Under the pieces are notes generated by a model. The model did no database searches. It had not been told where the DNA came from and saw only the letters and a program-made list of their open reading frames with translations. From an uncultured Spirochaetota bacterium (GTDB lineage: Bacteria; Spirochaetota; Spirochaetia; SZUA-6; CAVTHK01), in assembly GCA_963734495.1 (NCBI GenBank), contig CAVTHK010000005.1, positions 32,001 to 96,000 on the forward strand: a DNA stretch of 64,000 nt, written 5' to 3'. Positions 59,373-64,000 of this stretch are shown one piece after another (position 1 is the stretch's first letter; every line of letters starts with the position of its first letter). The position numbers and the translations under genes were made by a program.

Positions 59373-61469
59373 ATGCCTCAGCTCATTCGCCGCCTGCCCG
59401 CCCATGCCGCCACGGCGGCGCTGGGGCTCCTGCTGCTCGTGTTCATCGCGCTGCCCATCGGGATGGTGCTGTTCGAGAGCGTGCGGCTTGCCGGACCCAT
59501 CCCGCTCCCTGAGCTGGCGCAGATCACGGAGCAGGCGCTGAGCCGCCTGAACCCCGAGGATCGACAGCGGCAAACCGCCCGTTGGCTCGCCGGCCTCAAG
59601 CCCGAGGAGCGCACCGCAGCCATCGCCGGCACCCTCGAGCTTCTGGGGCGTCGGGTCCCCTGGGACACACGGGCGGCGTTCGACGACCAGGCCAAGGCAG
59701 CCGAGGCGGCTGTCTCCGCGCTGTCCGACGCGGAGCGCCGCCAGTTCGACGGCATCTATCCCCTGGCGGTGGTGACGCTGCACAAGCGCATCCCGCTGGC
59801 TTTCCGTCTGCGGGACACTCTGACTCCGGCCGAGTTCGATCGGCTGCGCGAGGGGACCAAGCACGGCTACGGGCTCGACCACTATGCGGCCGTCTTCACG
59901 TCCGTGCGCCTGCATATTGCGTTTCGCAACAGTCTGCTCCTGGCCGGCGTGGCAGCGGTGCTCGCCACCGCCGTCGGCTTCGCCATCGCCTACGGCGTCA
60001 ATCGGGGCGCCATCGCCATGCCCCACCTGGTGCGCTACCTCACGCTGATCCCCTTGGTGTCGCCGCCCCTGGTGGTCGCCACCGCGTCGATCCTGCTGTT
60101 TGGGCGCAACGGCCTGTTCACCAAAGGACTGCTGCAGGACGCGCTGCACTGGATCGACGCCGACGTCACCAATCTGTACGGCTGGGGCGGTCTCATCCTG
60201 GCAGAGATGCTAGGCCACATCCCGCACGCTTTCATCCTGCTGGACAACGTCCTCTCGAAACACGACGGGCACATCGAGGAAGCAGCGGCCGGTCAGGGGG
60301 CCGACCCGTGGCAGGTGTTCCGGCGTGTCACGCTGCCGATGTCCCAACCGGGGCTGGTGCGCAGCCTGATCCTGGTGTTCGTGCTGGTCATGACCGATTT
60401 CGGCAATCCGTTGATCATCGGCAAGAACATCCCTGTGCTGGCCGGCATCCTTTACGACGAGATGGTCGGATTCCAGAACACGTCGCTCGCCGCGGCGCTG
60501 GCCGTGTGGATGATCGTGCCGGCTCTCCTGGTCTATCTGCTGATCGAGCGGCTGGGGCGGCGCCGGCGCTTCGCATCGACGGTCGGGGCGCCGCCCGAAC
60601 TGACGGTGCCGGCGGCGGTCCGCTTTAGCCTGAGCGCCGTGGCGTGGGGCGTCGTCGGGCTCACGATGGTCCTTTACGGGGCGATCGTGGTTGCCTCGTT
60701 CGTAAAGATCTGGCGCGTCGATTACGGCTTCACCCTTGCCTGGTACACAACCGGCAGCGTGGCGGGGTTCGTCTCCCAGATCCACGGCGTGCGGGTGGTA
60801 TGGGAGAGCATCAAGGCGGCGGCGCTGGCGGCTCCCATCGGAGGGTTGTTGGCGGCGGCCTTGGCCTATCTGATCGAGCGAACCCGCCCGCCGGGGCGCG
60901 GCGCTCTGGGCTTCGTCGCGCTGCTGCCGGCGACCTTGCCGGGAGTGATCCTCGGGGTCGGGTACGTCGTGGCGTTCAACCTGCCGCTGGGCGTGAAGAG
61001 CCTGGCAATGACGGGGACACTCTGGATCCTGGTGCTGAACATCCTCTTCGCGAATCTTTTTATCGGCTACCTGGCGGGCCGCGCGGTGTTGCAGCGCCAC
61101 GATGCGGCAATTGACGAGGCGGCCGAGTCCCTGGGCGCCACTCTCTGGCAGCGATTCGCCTGGGTGACGCTGCCGATCATGCGGCACGCCCTGGTCCTGG
61201 GGAGCCTGTACATCTTCGTCCAGGGACTGACGACGCTCTCGGCGGTGATCTTCCTGGTCAGCCCGACACACAAGCTGGCGTCGGTGGAGGTCTTCGCCGC
61301 GGCGGAGAGCGGTTACTACGGCGTCGCCAGCGCCTTGAGCGTCACGATTCTGTTCATCGTTTTCGCCGTCATGGGAGTGAACCACTGGATGGAGCGCCGC
61401 GGGCCGGCCTGGGCGCGCATCGGCGCCCTTGCAGGGTCGACTCCGGCAGGCCGGGACAGGAGGCCCTGA
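59373..61469 (+). CDS. Fused double ABC permease (FbpB/PhnU-like)
   Basis: Two EAA loops (IEEAAAGQGA, IDEAAESLGA); DFGNP. Confidence 0.9.
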   Translation: MPQLIRRLPAHAATAALGLLLLVFIALPIGMVLFESVRLAGPIPLPELAQITEQALSRLNPEDRQRQTARWLAGLKPEERTAAIAGTLELLGRRVPWDTRAAFDDQAKAAEAAVSALSDAERRQFDGIYPLAVVTLHKRIPLAFRLRDTLTPAEFDRLREGTKHGYGLDHYAAVFTSVRLHIAFRNSLLLAGVAAVLATAVGFAIAYGVNRGAIAMPHLVRYLTLIPLVSPPLVVATASILLFGRNGLFTKGLLQDALHWIDADVTNLYGWGGLILAEMLGHIPHAFILLDNVLSKHDGHIEEAAAGQGADPWQVFRRVTLPMSQPGLVRSLILVFVLVMTDFGNPLIIGKNIPVLAGILYDEMVGFQNTSLAAALAVWMIVPALLVYLLIERLGRRRRFASTVGAPPELTVPAAVRFSLSAVAWGVVGLTMVLYGAIVVASFVKIWRVDYGFTLAWYTTGSVAGFVSQIHGVRVVWESIKAAALAAPIGGLLAAALAYLIERTRPPGRGALGFVALLPATLPGVILGVGYVVAFNLPLGVKSLAMTGTLWILVLNILFANLFIGYLAGRAVLQRHDAAIDEAAESLGATLWQRFAWVTLPIMRHALVLGSLYIFVQGLTTLSAVIFLVSPTHKLASVEVFAAAESGYYGVASALSVTILFIVFAVMGVNHWMERRGPAWARIGALAGSTPAGRDRRP

Positions 61470-61472
61470 GCC

Positions 61473-62351
61473 ATGCCGACGCCCCGCATCTATACCTGCA
61501 ACTGGACGCTGTTCCCCGCAATGGATGTCGTCGAGGCGGCGCGGTTCACGGCCCGGGAGAAATTCGCCGGGATCGAGTTGGAGGCCGCGCCTCTGGGATT
61601 CTGGCCCACAACGGTATCTTCGGAGATCATACGGGAACTGGCCGTCATCGGGAGGAGCGGAGGGATCGGCTACTCCGTCCACGCGCCGGACAGCCTCAAC
61701 CCTGCCACAGACCAGCCCGAAGTGAAGACCCAGGATCTCGAGATCTTCCGGCGGCTTCTGGACATGGCAGTCCAACTGGGTAGTCCGGTGATCGGCATCC
61801 ACCCCGGGATCGTCCACACTCTGTTTGCGCTGGAGCGCCACAACACCCCCTTCGAGGTTGCGCGGTACCGCCGGGACTGGCTGATCGCGGAGGCGCGCAA
61901 GAGAGCGGTGGAAACCTATCGCGAGTGGAGCGATCTCTGCCGGGAGGCCGGCCTGACGCTCACCGTGGAGAACGAAGTCCATGTCCGCCATTCGGTCGCC
62001 CCCACGGCAGAGGTCCTGGCGGAGTTGATCGCGGAGGCCGCACGAGAGAATCTTCGGGTCAACCTGGATACCGGCCACGCGTACATCGGGGCCGGTCTTT
62101 CCGAGGAGTTCCGCGCGCTCCAGAAGTTGATCGTGCACATGCACCTGAATGACGGGCGCACGCCCGGGGTGAGCGAGCATCTGCCGCTCGGCGAGGGCCG
62201 CGCGGACTTCTATCCGCTCGCCTCCTTCATTGCCCGGATGCACGGCGCGGCCGTCTTGGAGATTCATAAGCCGGACCGCCCGGTGCAAGCGACTATGGAC
62301 AGCCGCGACTATCTCCTGCGAGTACTGCGAGAGACCGGCGAATGCGACTGA
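61473..62351 (+). CDS. Sugar phosphate isomerase/epimerase (xylose isomerase-like TIM barrel)
   Basis: SVHAP, HPG, VENE, LDTGH, HMHLND, HLPLGEG and VLE motifs. Confidence 0.85.
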   Translation: MPTPRIYTCNWTLFPAMDVVEAARFTAREKFAGIELEAAPLGFWPTTVSSEIIRELAVIGRSGGIGYSVHAPDSLNPATDQPEVKTQDLEIFRRLLDMAVQLGSPVIGIHPGIVHTLFALERHNTPFEVARYRRDWLIAEARKRAVETYREWSDLCREAGLTLTVENEVHVRHSVAPTAEVLAELIAEAARENLRVNLDTGHAYIGAGLSEEFRALQKLIVHMHLNDGRTPGVSEHLPLGEGRADFYPLASFIARMHGAAVLEIHKPDRPVQATMDSRDYLLRVLRETGECD

Positions 62352-62775
62352 GCGTGGCGATGCGATAGCCGTGCTGGCAACGAGCACCAGAGTTCAGTGG
62401 CGCGGTGCCCGGGATCTTCTCGTACTTCTTCAGCTTGCGCTGGTACAGCTTCTCCTTCGCCCACCGGTACTCCTGGCCGCTCAAGAAGGGCCATTCGCCG
62501 CATGATCCCACAGAGCCGACGCATCATTGCGATGCGCGCCCGGCCGACGCCACGCCGATCGATGAGTTCTCAGCGAGATACGCCGAGGCCGTCAGCGCCG
62601 GTGATCCCGCGGATCGTCATCAGCGGTGGGCTTGCAGACGTGAGAGATGACATCGTGGCCAGTGGCTCCGCCTCCAACCGGCCCGGCCGGTCTTCGGGCA
62701 TCGAGGCAACGCGCGCGGCCGGCTGAGCGTGACCGGGCGAAAGGGCCGCGAGGACGCGTTCGCGCGGCCGAAGCG

Positions 62776-62923
62776 GGTCCGAGGCGGGGCGCGCAGTCGC
62801 CGCTCGCGGCCGGCGGCCGGCGGGGCCGAGGACGGAACCCCCGCAGGCCAGCGGGCGCCATCCATGGCTCCCGCTCGGCCTCCTGACATCCCTGTCAGTC
62901 GCACGCGACCCCGAGCCCGCGCG
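62776..62923 (+). repeat. Intergenic repeat element with 55-bp internal insert
   Basis: Inverted match to 39532-39623; insert at 62847-62901 contains CATCCATGG and GACATCCCTGTC. Confidence 0.85.
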
Positions 62924-63208
62924 GTCGAGGGCCGGCCGCGCGGACAAGCGCACCTCCGCCCCACGCGGCGACATGGCTCGGGGGCACGCCCAATCCTCTC
63001 AAGACTCAAGAGGAGGCCGGCTCTTGCCTGTTGGGGCCCGGCGACCAGCAGATCGACGCGGGGCCGCGGCAAAACCTGATCGCTCCGCCAGCACGCTCTC
63101 CGTCGCCGTGACCTTCGTCACCTTCCAACGACCGCTCATGTCGGGCGTGGTGACGTCGGCATCAAGGGGCAACACGACGCGCAGCGGCGCGCCGGGCTCG
63201 ACGCCGGC

Positions 63209-64000
63209 TCACTTCATCCCGAGCATCTGCTCCTTCAGGTCCAGGTAGAACAGGTAGTCGTCGCTCGCGGACGTTGGGCGGGCAGCGGTGGTCGCAGAAC
63301 GGGATAAAGCCGCCACGCTCTACCAGGGGCGCGAGCGACTCGAGGCAGGCGCGGATCGCGTCGCGGCCCGCGCCGAGGGCGTGCTTGTCGACGCCGCCGA
63401 GAATGCGCAGCTCGGGAGCGTAGCGAGCGAGCAGGTCGCCCGGGTGGCCGGAGCAGTGCACCTCGAACGGGAACATCGTGTTCAGCCCCGTCGCCAGCCA
63501 GCCCGGAACGAGCGCCCGGATGTCGCCGTCGCAGTCCGTGTACCAGATGTCGATGCCGGCCGCGGCGAGCTTCGCTCCGATGCGGCGATAGCGCGGGAGA
63601 ACGACGTCCTTGAAGAAGGAGAGCGACACGATCGGCCCGCTCTTGTAGCAGATGTCCTCCCAACCGGCGGCGAAGTCGAAGTCGATCCTGCCGAGCACCT
63701 GGTCGAGCATGTCCTCGACCAGCACGCAGGCGGTCTCGACCATGTCCTCGAGCATCTCGGGGTAGTCGTAGATGGCGAAGGCGAAGCCCTCGAAGGTGAG
63801 CATGTCCCGGACGCGGCCCATGAGCGAGCCGCAGTGCACGCCGAGCGGGTAGTCGCGGCTGCGCGGATGCGCGCGCGCGAGCGAGTCGACGTCGATGCGC
63901 CGCGCGGGGTCGTCGCGGCGGAAGCGCTCCTCCCTGCGCGCCGCTTCCAGTCGTCGGGCGTCCGGATCGAGGCGCGCAGGAAGTGCGGGATCGTGTCGTG
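63209..64000 (-). CDS. Uroporphyrinogen decarboxylase/MtaA-like family protein (5' outside window; two frameshifts)
   Basis: WEDICYK.GP, DCDGD, PFE, GGVDK and GGFIP.CDH; frame changes near 63263 and 63932. Confidence 0.8.

Noticed and set aside
63209-64000. Programmed frameshifting in the UroD-like gene
   Set aside because: Two shifts without a slippery heptamer; sequencing error or decay is more likely.

Overview
High-GC bacterial chromosome window. The gene set suggests Spirochaetota (inference from the long PPi-PFK, the lgt/ctpA/rsmE/TagA block, a STAS-Zn-ribbon protein and CesT-PspA). Bases 1-39.5 kb are mostly core or envelope genes: a VIT/vWA lipoprotein, pfp, lgt, ctpA, rsmE, fxsA, prs, a GT2 plus two GT-C-like glycosylation genes (one STT3-like), a STAS/CesT/PspA/atypical regulator operon, a Spy-ECF-anti-sigma module, murA, aspartate kinase-thrC, TetR and a frameshifted Pta-N-like gene. 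Bases ~39.6-62.8 kb form a visibly less GC-rich accessory region with nested inverted boundaries. An outer pair of ~90-150 bp repeats lies at 39532-39623 and 62776-62923. An inner identical 86-bp pair from IS91-like transposase ends lies at 40559-40644 and 55404-55489. The inner pair encloses a ~15 kb metal-homeostasis island: Zur-like regulator, Zn/Mn ABC transporter, four SCO copies, two DUF1007-like genes, a DUF318/TIGR03943 pair, a NusG-II protein, an ankyrin protein and VanY. It is followed by a truncated type III Res gene and an ABC transporter-isomerase operon. I saw no tRNA, rRNA or CRISPR array. All calls come from reading the sequence; no database search was run.
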